Shown: in pieces, positions 12,260-32,867 of the stretch
Numbering within the stretch: position 1 is the first letter of the stretch
Layout of the letters: each line of letters starts with the position of its first letter
Source: Octopus bimaculoides
Taxonomy: Eukaryota
Assembly: GCF_001194135.2 (NCBI RefSeq)
Contig: NC_069000.1
Span: 6,701,646 to 6,758,974 of the forward strand
Direction of reading: 5' to 3'
Length of the DNA: 57,329 bases
Position numbers and translations under genes: made by a program
The notes under the pieces: generated by a model
Told to the model about the DNA's origin: nothing
The model's database searches: none
The model's input: the letters and a program-made list of their open reading frames with translations, nothing else

Positions 12260-12384
12260 GAAAATATTTAGGAAGAAATTACCAAGAATAAATTATTCGT
12301 TCATCTCCATCGTTACATAATATTTGAGTTTTAGTCATTAACTATATCTACCTTTCTCTATATGTGTGTGTGTGTGTGTGTGTG

Positions 12385-12396
12385 AGATCGGAAGAG
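12385..12396 (+). other. Illumina adapter remnant at a contig end
   Basis: AGATCGGAAGAG immediately before the N gap; this is the start of the standard Illumina adapter. Confidence 0.85.
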
Positions 12397-13149
12397 NNNN
12401 NNNNNNNNNNNNNNNNNNNNNNNNNNNNNNNNNNNNNNNNNNNNNNNNNNNNNNNNNNNNNNNNNNNNNNNNNNNNNNNNNNNNNNNNNNNNNNNNNNNN
12501 NNNNNNNNNNNNNNNNNNNNNNNNNNNNNNNNNNNNNNNNNNNNNNNNNNNNNNNNNNNNNNNNNNNNNNNNNNNNNNNNNNNNNNNNNNNNNNNNNNNN
12601 NNNCCTACATCTTAAATGTTTCGTTCTCTGTTGCATTGTCACATTTAAAGCAAACAAACCAAACCACGACCAAAAAGTCTTGCAGAAATTCCTCCCTAAT
12701 TATAACAGACTTGATTACTCTTATTCTGCACTGCCGCAATCTTTTATTTTATCTTTTTCTTTTTCTTTATCTTTTACTTTTTCCAGTCATTGGGACCATC
12801 ATTGACACTGGCTTACGATTATTGTCCGATCCCCATATACTGTATTAATATTCCTCGCACTTTCCGTTGCGTTGGTGCCTTTATTGAACTCATAAAGCAA
12901 AATATGCCAAATATGCTCCTTTGTCACTTCCATTACAGCTTTGAAAAAATAACTGTTAAAATGGAACTGCACTCTTCAAAACTTAAGAATAAATATAATA
13001 TAAAATTACTACCTGCTTTTATAGCAAGTTGATGCCGGTAGTTTATCCCGTCCCCCTCCGAATTTTAGTTCATGCAATTGAAAAAACCACATTATTTATG
13101 GGATGACCCAATATACATACATACATACATGTATGTGTGTGTGTGTGCG

Positions 13150-13315
13150 AGCGATGGGATTCTTTCAGTTTCCGTCTGTCAAATGTACCCTCAAAACTTT
13201 GATCGGCCGGGATTTTAGTAAAAGATATCTACCTAAGGTGCCATCTAGTGGCACTGAACCCGGAACTATGTGGTTAGGAAGCAAACTTTTCACCACAGCC
13301 GCACCTACACCTGAA
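13150..13315 (-). mobile_element. Partial copy of an abundant SINE family
   Basis: TTCTTTCAGTTTCCGTCT...GGTGCC...GGCACTGAACCCGGAAC..TGTGGTT...ACCACAGCC is shared with the copies at 33150-33530 and 33790-34160. Confidence 0.75.
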
Positions 13316-13615
13316 CGCTGAGTAATTCGAGTTCTCCAGGATTCGAATTTCCTCTACAAAATCGTCATCAAAACCACAAAGAATACCTCCGTCTATCGTA
13401 CAACTCCTTAACTCCCATCTTGCAACTTACAGCCAATCCTTACCAAAAAGATCTCGACCAATTTACCAGAATCTTCCTTCTCACCATTTCTTAAAACACC
13501 ATAGTTCTTCAATAAACAATTCCCCGTTTACTTCCAAGAATTTTATTTATTTATTCCTGTAAAGAAGGAGATGTAGACACTTCAGCACCTTGCTCAATGA
13601 CATCCATCCATCTAT

Positions 13616-13667
<52 letters not shown>

Positions 13668-13813
13668 ACATACATACATACATACATACATTCATACATA
13701 CATACATAAACACATACATACATACATACGCAGCAGCAATTACACGCACACACACACATACATACATACACACACACACACACGCACGCACATATATACA
13801 TATATATATATGA

Positions 13814-13860
<47 letters not shown>

Positions 13861-14069
13861 GAACACTCATAGATGAGAGAGTGTGTGTGAAAGAGAAAGA
13901 GAGAGACAGACAGACAGACAGACAGATTTTCTTTTAAATTAGTTTTATTTCGTCTCTACTCGATTTTCAAAATTTCACTCATTCACGTTTCTATTCATGC
14001 GTTGACCTATTCTCTTTCTTTCTTCCTTCCTTCCTTCCTTCCTTCCTTTCTTTCTTTCTTTAATATCCT

Positions 14070-14104
<35 letters not shown>

Positions 14105-14174
14105 CTCTTTCTTTCTTTCTCTCTTTCTCTCTTTCTTTCTTTCTTTCTCGCTTTCTTGCTTTCTTTCTTTCTCG

Positions 14175-14239
<65 letters not shown>

Positions 14240-15489
14240 TTTCTTATCGTCTTACGTACTGTGACGAACTTGAGCTACTCAGTGATAAGTAGGTCTTCAC
14301 AGTTTTACAGCGACGCTTTGTTTAAATTGTTTTGGGTGGAAATAGGAGGGAGACAGTATTGGGCTTAATTGCTGCCTTCGACGGCTTGGCGCGGCTCACG
14401 ACGGAGGGCGCAGAATGATGCGAAAACCCGATCCCAATAGCTAAAGACAACAGTTTGGTGATAATTGGTTGATCGAGGATTAAACCACCGGCTTTAAATG
14501 GTTTATCGTACAGTCTTCACGTATTCTCACCAGACTTGATTGAAGATGTCTTGGCAGACGTCTGCTGCTACAGGCAGCAAAACTGGAGAATTTCTTCTCC
14601 TGTGTGCTGGGAATGGCAATGCTGTCGAGGAAGGATGCTTGAAATGAGGACGTTATCGATAATTTCTAACTCGTAATTCTGCTGAATTCACAATTGAAGG
14701 TTTTGAACAAGATGCTCGCCGAAAGGTTAACAGTGTGGTTAAGAAAGTGCAAACCAGTGAGGTTCACGACAAATTTGTCCACTGCTACTTCATGTGATGC
14801 ATCACTGAGAGGGTGGGTAACAAACCTGACATTCCTAGGACTCTGATCTATTTGGATCAGTCGAAAGCCTCTTGATAAGTTCGAAATACTTCGTGTCTTT
14901 CTTTGTAGCAATGAGTCTCACTCCTGTTTTCAGAGGCAGGATCGTTTGAACGTATTGCGATATCTGCTGGGTGGTCAGATTAAATGGTTCCTTATTTGAA
15001 CCGTTTTGAACTGAAAGTGCCATCCTTCACGTGTATCTCTTCCCATTTTCCTTATGTCACAAGCTACAGCGACGTTGTTGAGGAATCTCTGCGTGTCGAC
15101 AGGAAACAACTGGCTGGTTTGTTTCTGAAGACTTAGAGCTCAGAGACTATTTGATAACTACAATAAATCCCTGATTTGGCAGTGCTAGCAGAGTGAAGGC
15201 ATTTGTTGGGTTGATATAAACTCCACGGGCATAGAAGTGCCTTCAGTCAAGCATGTCTGAAGTGTGCAATGATGGACGAAATCTTTCTGTGCACACTTGA
15301 TCATTTCCATAACATATGCGGGGCTTTGTCAAACATCTGTAATCGCGTGTAGGACGGGTCTAGTTATCAACCGAATCCATCAAGGTCGCTCTGTTGGTTT
15401 CGTTGGTCTCATTTTGATGGTTCTGGTGAAAGAGCTTGTGAGGCGGATGCAACTGAAAGGACTGGAAGTCAAACAGTTCCGTCTTTGGT

Positions 15490-16231
15490 GAAGTCTTCGG
15501 TTAATTACAACTTCAACATCCGGTCACCAAAAAAAAAAGCAAGTATAATACGAATATGAAAACAAAAATTTGCGCCAATGAACCGGGGTGGGGAGAAAAC
15601 TTTCGGAAAATTCACACGATCCGATTTTTTCCCTCATCGCTTTTAGAAAAATGGATATGTTTTGATGAAATTTTATATAAATACCTTTCAAACTGCATAG
15701 ATTACGATTATAAAGAAATTTGTAGGAAAAATTATTTCCGATGGGGTGGGGAGAGGACTTTTGGAGAGAAAGAAATTCATAAATGNNNNNNNNNNNNNNN
15801 NNNNNNNNNNNNNNNNNNNNNNNNNNNNNNNNNNNNNNNNNNNNNNNNNNNNNNNNNNNNNNNNNNNNNNNNNNNNNNNNNNNNNNNNNNNNNNNNNNNN
15901 NNNNNNNNNNNNNNNNNNNNNNATTCATAAATACGGCGTTGAATATGGTTTCACTATGGAAGAAAAGTTCAGGGTGATTTCTTTATAATCGTAATCTATG
16001 CCTTTTTGAAAGGCATTTATATAAAATTTCATGAAAAGATATCCATTTTCCTAAAAGTTATGAGCAAAAAAATCGGATCGTGTGAATTTTCCGAAAGTCC
16101 TCTCGCCACCCTCGGTTCGCTGGCGCAAATTTTTGCTTTCATATTCGTTTAATACACATTTTTTGCACCTATTACACTTTTTTTTTTTTTTTTGGTGGCC
16201 AGGTGTTAAAATAGTAATTAACCAAGCCTTC
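15490..16231. mobile_element. Foldback/MITE with ~230-bp imperfect inverted arms
   Basis: 15490-15715 is the imperfect reverse complement of 15980-16231 (e.g. GGAAAATTCACACGATCCGATTTTTT vs AAAAAATCGGATCGTGTGAATTTTCC). An N gap lies in the centre. No clear TSD. Confidence 0.8.
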
Positions 16232-16911
16232 GTCTACTTTTCTCTAAGTTCTATTTAGGGAGGAAGGTGATGCGGCGAAGGAGGTGCTACTTTCTTGTAA
16301 ATTTATTGAAAGGTGAATGAGAACGGCGAACACTGCTTGAGTGGATGGTCCTACTTTCAAATAAGATTGAAAGTTAGAGATTAAGGGAGTCTAAGAAGGT
16401 ATTTACTCTTGATGGTCAGGTGAATCCTGAATGTGTGGAGTTCGTCTATTAACCGAGGGCAGTCCTATGTGCATTCTATGGACTGCATTTTTTAATGCAT
16501 TGAAACTACACCGTGTGTGTATGTGTGTGTGTGTGATGCTCGGCTTCTTATGTCAAGTCCTGCGGTGATCATGTCGATAAGGTGCTAATATTTTGAATGA
16601 AGCACTAAATACTACGAATTTAAGACATTCTCTTGAAAGGTAGTTTTCAGTAATTGTAGGGAGGGGGGGGAGAAATGTTATGGGGTTTTGTGGCAGAGTT
16701 TTGAAACGAAGGAGAGAGAACGTGTGAGAAAAAGAGTGGGTGTGTATATGTGTGTGTGTGTCTGTGAATGAGAGTCCAAGGAGAGAAAGAACACATATCT
16801 ATGTTTGTGCGTGTGTGTGTGAGAAAGAGAGAGAGAGAGAGAGAAACGGCAAATGAAGAGAGCGCGGAAGCAAATGAAGAGAAGAGGTAGAAAGAACAAA
16901 GGAAGGAAGGA

Positions 16912-16956
<45 letters not shown>

Positions 16957-17102
16957 GACAGAGAGAGAGAAGAGAAAGATTTAAGGAAGAAAGAAAGAGA
17001 AAGAACAAAGGGAAAAAGAGAGAGAGATAGCGATGGGAGGTTACTAATTACAGACACTCATCTTTAACATGTGCTCCTCCTACCTACCTCTCCCATGTAC
17101 GT

Positions 17103-17142
<40 letters not shown>

Positions 17143-17189
17143 ATTAACGTTTGTTCTCTGACGTTAAATCTTAGAAGAACCAGTGGAAG

Positions 17190-17300
17190 TAACGACGTCA
17201 GAGCAACATCCCCGCCCGACCCGCGTCCGCCACTCTTGCAGCCGTCAAACATATAAAAAGCCACTCGCATCTCTGAATCGCTATTAATTCGCTCTCAGCA
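17190..17300 (+). promoter_or_regulatory. Putative TATA-type promoter of the calmodulin-like gene
   Basis: GACGTCA 17194-17200, CCCCGCCC 17210-17 and TATAAAAA 17252-59 in a CpG-rich patch about 600 bp upstream of the first coding exon. Confidence 0.55.
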
Positions 17301-17862
17301 GACGTTCATCTTTTGATCAGAGAAGATTTGTTCGTGTATATATTTTTTGGTGTTTGCCACACACGGAACAACTACAACAGCATCAATAGGAAGGAAGGTT
17401 TATTACATTGTGAAAAAACAACAGAAACCAAACTAAGCAATTTGCATATAAAAGCTTTGCGATAAAGGAAACTTCAAGATTATTTTTTCTTAAATTAACG
17501 AAACAATTAATTCTTCACGTCTTCATTAAACAAGTGGAAAAACAAAAACAAAACAACAACCACGAAAACAAAAAAATTGATAAATAATTAAACGTCACTA
17601 TATAGCAATAATTAATTAACTATATTTATAAGTGTTGTTAATTAATTAATTAATCTTTTAAGATTATATAATTGTTAAATTGAGTAAATTTATTTTTTAA
17701 GAAACCAAGCAAATAACCAACAGAACTCACGCAATCGTTTCTGATTGATACGTATATCGATATATAGTGAGATATCGATAAATTACTGATAAAATTCATT
17801 GATAAATTATTGATATATTTATGTATTGCAAAGAGTTGATGACTTCAGGACCAAACGCAAAA

Positions 17863-26880
<9,018 letters not shown>

Positions 26881-27810
26881 AAATCTAATGATAATTCTAA
26901 TAACTTAAATTAGTCGTATGAGAAATCATATGGTCTTTTCTATTTTTTTCCTTAATAGAGCCTTTATCCTCTCAGTAACGGTAGCGTCACAAACGCTTGC
27001 TCTATTGGCGGGAAAAACAACAACAGCAAACAACACAACAGACACAGAGACAGCATTTTTCCTGGGGCTGTGTGAATAATAAATTACATGTAAATGCTTA
27101 TTGAAGAGTTCTTCGATATTCGGTAACGGACAGATTCTAAACTAGCGCGGCATTTAGGCTGAGATGAGGGGCAGGATCAAACAAAGTAAAAAAGCAGAAA
27201 TGATTAAAGAAAAGGAAGAAGAGACTAAAACATTACGAGGAGAGAATAAAATAGAAAGAAAGAAAAAAAGGAAGGAAGAAATGAAGAAAGAAAGAAAGAA
27301 AAACGAAAGACTTATGTATAGTTATGTATTTTCAAAAAAAATGGCCAAAATAGAAACAAGTTTCTCCACAGCCTCACATACCCCATCACCACCACCACAA
27401 ATTGTTGATGTTACGAACGAAGAACACAAGAAGCAATACAAATAACATTATTTGATGTTGAACTAATCACAGACTTGGAAAATGGCAGTTCCTGACTGTT
27501 TATCATTGTGACACATTTTGGGAAAAACAATAATTCTTTGAGACTTTTTGTTTTTTGAATATATTTCTAATGAGGTGCATTTAACATTTGATTATTTTCT
27601 CGGGGAAATATTCCTCGTTTTTTTTTCTTTTGCAATAAATATTGTGTTGTGGCCTTAATGCCTGCCTGTGGCTTATTGTATAACATATTTATAAACATTG
27701 TATATATTTTTTATCAAATATTTCAAAAGTATAAGGTTTTGTCTTTGTGTTTCTTTTGGAATTATAATGAGACATTATTCTTAGAAACATAACTATCTTT
27801 CTCTCTCCCT

Positions 27811-27914
<104 letters not shown>

Positions 27915-28377
27915 CACTGTCCTCCAATTGAAAACCTCAATTAAATGAAAATCAAAAACAAACTGAGCATTTCCAAATCATTGATTGCATACTCTCACCT
28001 TATATTTATTCAGTTTCTTGTACTCTCAATAAATGCCCCTCCCCCCATGTACTCTCTTCTCTCTAACCAATGCCAAATAAATGGGGTGCACCTTATACCA
28101 CCTTCCATTTTATATTTATATATTTTCGTTAAAAAAAAATAGCTGCTGCTTTCTATATGCTATTGCCACATACATACACATACATAGATATACAATGTAT
28201 ACACACATGTATATACATATCTGCACATACACACACACACACACATGCAATCACATGAAGACACTTGTCTGGAAAAAGTTATAGTCCAAAGATAATCGCA
28301 CCCTCCCTATCTTTTTTTAATTTCTTCTGATTAGATAATTTACAATTACTCTTAAGTAATTATTATTATTGAACAGA

Positions 28378-28430
<53 letters not shown>

Positions 28431-30339
28431 TCATACCATCCCTGTCCTTTTATGTTGTTCCTCTCTGTGTGTACGTGTGTCCATACTCAAGCTTTTGCAA
28501 CCAGTGCGCAAAAGAAATTAATATCAGTACAATGGTTTGTTAATTACAACAATGTTTAAAAAATATAAGAGATACATGATCTTCGGTATCATTCTTGAAT
28601 TCATTTCAACAAAAGATTTTTTTCCCCACTTTTCTCAATGATGAATCACAAGAATGGCCAGTCCAGAAGACATTTCTCCATGATTGCAGATCATCATTTC
28701 GTATTTGGTGATAAACTAATGCCTTATGAGTAAAAAATATCACCATTTTCTAGCATGAAATAACTGCAATTTCAAATTCATATTGGCACTTGCACACACT
28801 ACACACATACTTTCGCCATAGCAGGAGATTAAAGCTATATAACATAGACTGCTGGTTCAATTCTCTTCTCAAAATTTTGATGGAGCAATTGCATGATATC
28901 CTGCCTTCATTGTTTGAACAACAATAATGAAACTATGGAAAGGTTTCTTCATCTCATCCTCAAATAAATGAACAATAAAATTAACAATAACAGACAACAA
29001 GAGGATATGCACAAAGGATGTATTAGTTTGATGCTCAGTAAAAAGAGAGTGTCTTTGACGTTTCGAACCTAGCTCTTTGTCAGAAAGGAGAAAGGGAAAA
29101 GTCCAAAGAAGGAAAAGAAATTGTCAACAGCATATGTGTAGTTACATTGCTGAAGTGTATACACACACACATATATATAAAGTTATTTATTTTTGTACAT
29201 TAAGTTATTTTTCTCCCAATAAAAAAGAAGAGATGTTTAAAAATCCCTTTGAAGGAGTATACATGGTCTCATGGAAATATTTATGTCTGTCTATACAGGC
29301 ATTCTGTCCAGATGTTATGTATGTGTGTATATGAACATATGTATATATTATATATATATATATATATATNNNNNNNNNNNNNNNNNNNNNNNNNNNNNNN
29401 NNNNNNNNNNNNNNNNNNNNNNNNNNNNNNNNNNNNNNNNNNNNNNNNNNNNNNNNNNNNNNNNNNNNNNNNNNNNNNNNNNNNNNNNNNNNNNNNNNNN
29501 NNNNNNNNNNNNNNNNNNNNNNNNNNNNTGTTCCCTGATGTCAGTTCAATCAGTCAAAAAATAACTAATAATTTATGATAATTAATAATCAGTATTTATT
29601 GAACTGAGGAAGATAGCTTGCCAGAATCTATAGAAAGTCAAACAGTATGACAAAGGATTGGCTGAATTGGTAGAGCACCAAACAAACAATGTTGTGGTGG
29701 TTAATTATGTTTAATTATATTGTTGGGTATCAAATCCGGTCTGGATCTGTTTTATTTTTCATTCTTCCCATCAAATATTTAGGTCGATCTAATTGACTAA
29801 CTTCCCACTCCCAACAATTGTTTATGTTAGACATTTTTTTCTTCCCTTCTTGGTCAACGTTATACAGTTTTGAAGACAAACAGTCAAATAAACTTCTCGC
29901 AAACATGCACCAATGTACGCATGCACGGCCACAGATTGGTAAATGCACACTTACTCACATGAGTTTGCTAAATGTAAATATTTATGCCACTGAAAACTCT
30001 TCCTTGAGAGTTGGTTTCAATCAAATATGTAAATATTTTGTTCATTTTTTTTCTTTTATTTTTGTTGCTGAGTGTTTCAATAAAAGATATTGGAAAACCA
30101 AATATGGACGTTATTTTGTTTGTTTTGCCTTCCAAGTTTCCTCTTATGTGTTGTCATCATTGTTGTTGTGTTTGTTGGCTTTGTTGTTGTTGTTGCTTGG
30201 CAAGTAACCAAATCTGAGATCATTTATTAAAATCTAGAATATTGTGATAGAGTTATGACAGTCAATTGAAATACACACTTATACCATTATATCTTATTTT
30301 TGTTTTATTTTACCAAATTATTATTATTATTATAGTCTA

Positions 30340-30480
30340 AGGTGATGAGCTGGCAGAATAGTTAGCATGCTGAATGAAATGCTTAGCAGCATTTTACCTG
30401 TTGCTACATTCTGAGTTCAAATTCCACTGAGGTCGACTTTGCCTTTCGTCCTCTTAGGGTCTTATAAATTAAGTCTCTGC
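30340..30480 (+). mobile_element. tRNA-derived SINE (GAGCTGGCAGAAT.GTTAGCA family)
   Basis: GAGCTGGCAGAATAGTTAGCA...CTGAGTTCAAATTCCACTGAGGTCGACTTTGCCTTTC. Other copies at 36465-36550, 37365-37770, 55060-55200 (-) and 56240-56450 (-). Confidence 0.75.
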
Positions 30481-30633
30481 AACAAATGAGTAATTCCTGG
30501 ATGACTCAACATAGTGTGAGGCTCTCAACCAGAAATCTGTGAGCTTGAAGCATTGTCTTACCACAATACCATCTGGTAAACAAACCAGGAGCAATATTGT
30601 ATTTATGAGGTAGATTCACAGTTATGAAATATA

Positions 30634-30752
30634 TATATATATGTTCATAAACACCAACTCAAGGAATACTGGTGGAATATTCCCATCAAAACTTCTGTCA
30701 AATGTAAGCATAACAGGCCGGATATTGTAGTTTGGGACAAAGTGGCAAAGGT
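30634..30752 (+). mobile_element. RLE-type LINE endonuclease fragment between (AT)n and an assembly gap
   Basis: Reads YVHKHQLKEYWWNIPIKTSVKCKHNRPDIVVWDKVAK; contains the NRPDI motif of RLE endonucleases. Confidence 0.75.
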
Positions 30753-30762
30753 NNNNNNNNNN

Positions 30763-30809
<47 letters not shown>

Positions 30810-31275
30810 ATATATATATATACATACATATGTATATATATATATGATGTATATGCATGTATGTCCACAATAATGTCTGTGTGTGAGTGTGTGTGTGTTT
30901 ATGCGTGTCTGCATATCATTAATAATTAACATTGTGCTGTACTTTAACAAGATATCAGAGATCAAGATAACAGCGGTCACAAATAAATAGTTGTACTTAT
31001 GCTGTGATAGCAAATATACACACACAGGTGTGTACACACCCACACATGCATGTGTGAATGCACACATATATGTATATATGTATATATGTATATATATATA
31101 TATGTGTCTGTGTAGAAAGACAGAAAGATAGGTATCTGAAAAATATATAAATATATACATACATATACTCAAATACACATACACACACACATATTTATAT
31201 GTACTTCTATACAAATATATACATATACATATATGTATATATTTGCATGTATGTGTGTATATATATATGTGTATG

Positions 31276-31326
<51 letters not shown>

Positions 31327-31699
31327 ATGTATGCATGGTTGTATGTATGTCTGTATTAAAGAAACCAAAAAATTAAAAAATGATAAAAGCAAAAGGCTAA
31401 AAGGATGTGTATGTGTAAAAGAATTCAGTACTCAGTGCAAGTTGACTGGGAACCTAGGGCCTACCAAAATTTTTCCCAGTTGGGCCCCACACCTCCTCAG
31501 GTCAGCCCTGTATATATATAATGGCTGATAGTTAGCAAGGTGAGACACACATAAGAAAGAAGGAAACAAAGGACCACTGATGAGGTCACAGAAGTGTGAC
31601 GAAAGAACTCTGGCCGAAATAAGATTAAGATTAAGATTAATGTAATATAAAGCTGAAAAAAAAAAAAAAAAAATTAACACCAAATATACAGTGCGTGTG

Positions 31700-32390
31700 T
31701 TTTTATTGGCTAAACTGGCAATATGACCATCCCCAAGTACAACAATATATNNNNNNNNNNNNNNNNNNNNNNNNNNNNNNNNNNNNNNNNNNNNNNNNNN
31801 NNNNNNNNNNNNNNNNNNNNNNNNNNNNNNNNNNNNNNNNNNNNNNNNNNNNNNNNNNNNNNNNNNNNNNNNNNNNNNNNNNNNNNNNNNNNNNNNNNNN
31901 NNNNNNNNNNNNNNNNNNNNNNNNNNNNNNNNNNNNNNNNNNNNNNNNNNNNNNNNNNNNNNNNNNNNNNNNNNNNNNNNNNNNNNNNNNNNNNNNNNNN
32001 NNNNNNNNNNNNNNNNNNNNNNNNNNNNNNNNNNNNNNNNNNNNNNNNNNNNNNNNNNNNNNNNNNNNNNNNNNNNNNNNNNNNNNNNNNNNNNNNNNNN
32101 NNNNNNNNNNNNNNNNNNNNNNNNNNNNNNNNNNNNNNNNNNNNNNNNNNNTTATGCTTACATTTGACAGAAGTTTTGATGGGAATATTCCACCAGTATT
32201 CCTTGAGTTGGTGTTTATGAACATATTCCATAACAGAGGGATTTTCTAGGTTTATTTCAGAACAGTCTTTTTTGCGGATGGCATTGTAAATTGTTTTAGC
32301 AACAACATCGTGCCACATAGGGAGGTAGTACTGTGACGACATTTTAGGATAGCTGCTAATCACATGCGTGATGTCTTCCACAAATAAGTA
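31700..32390 (-). mobile_element. RLE-type LINE fragment (zinc-knuckle remnant/RHD region into endonuclease), interrupted by a gap
   Basis: Minus strand reads EDITHVISSYPKMSSQYYLPMWHDVVAKTIYNA...EYWWNIPIKTSVKCKH, a degenerate H-x-I-S-x-C...R-H-D motif. A short possible continuation lies at 31710-31750. Confidence 0.75.
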
Positions 32391-32505
32391 CTAGGGTTGA
32401 TTTATTCATTGAAAATGAATTCTTGAAGGTTGTGCCCCAGCATGGCCGCGGTCAAGTAACTGAAACAAAGCAAGAGATAAAAGATGAAAGATAAAAGATA
32501 GAATC

Positions 32506-32552
<47 letters not shown>

Positions 32553-32867
32553 CCATCCACTTACACATACATACACATATCCACACACACTCAGACGCAC
32601 ACAAATACATGCATATACACACACAGGTGGCCTTGTTAACTGTGTCAAATATTGGTCCTCTGTATTTAAATGATAAGAGGCCAATATTCGAAACACTGAC
32701 GAAACTTATGTGCTGAGATAAGGGCCCCCAGGTCGACAACTAATAATGGTGGTGGTGGGGTGGCCATGGTGGTGGTGGCGGTGATTGTTGTAACTGTAGT
32801 AGTAGTAGCAGTAGTAGGCATGTTGTATTGTTTTTTTGTTTTCATGAATTTAAACAGATAAACAAAG

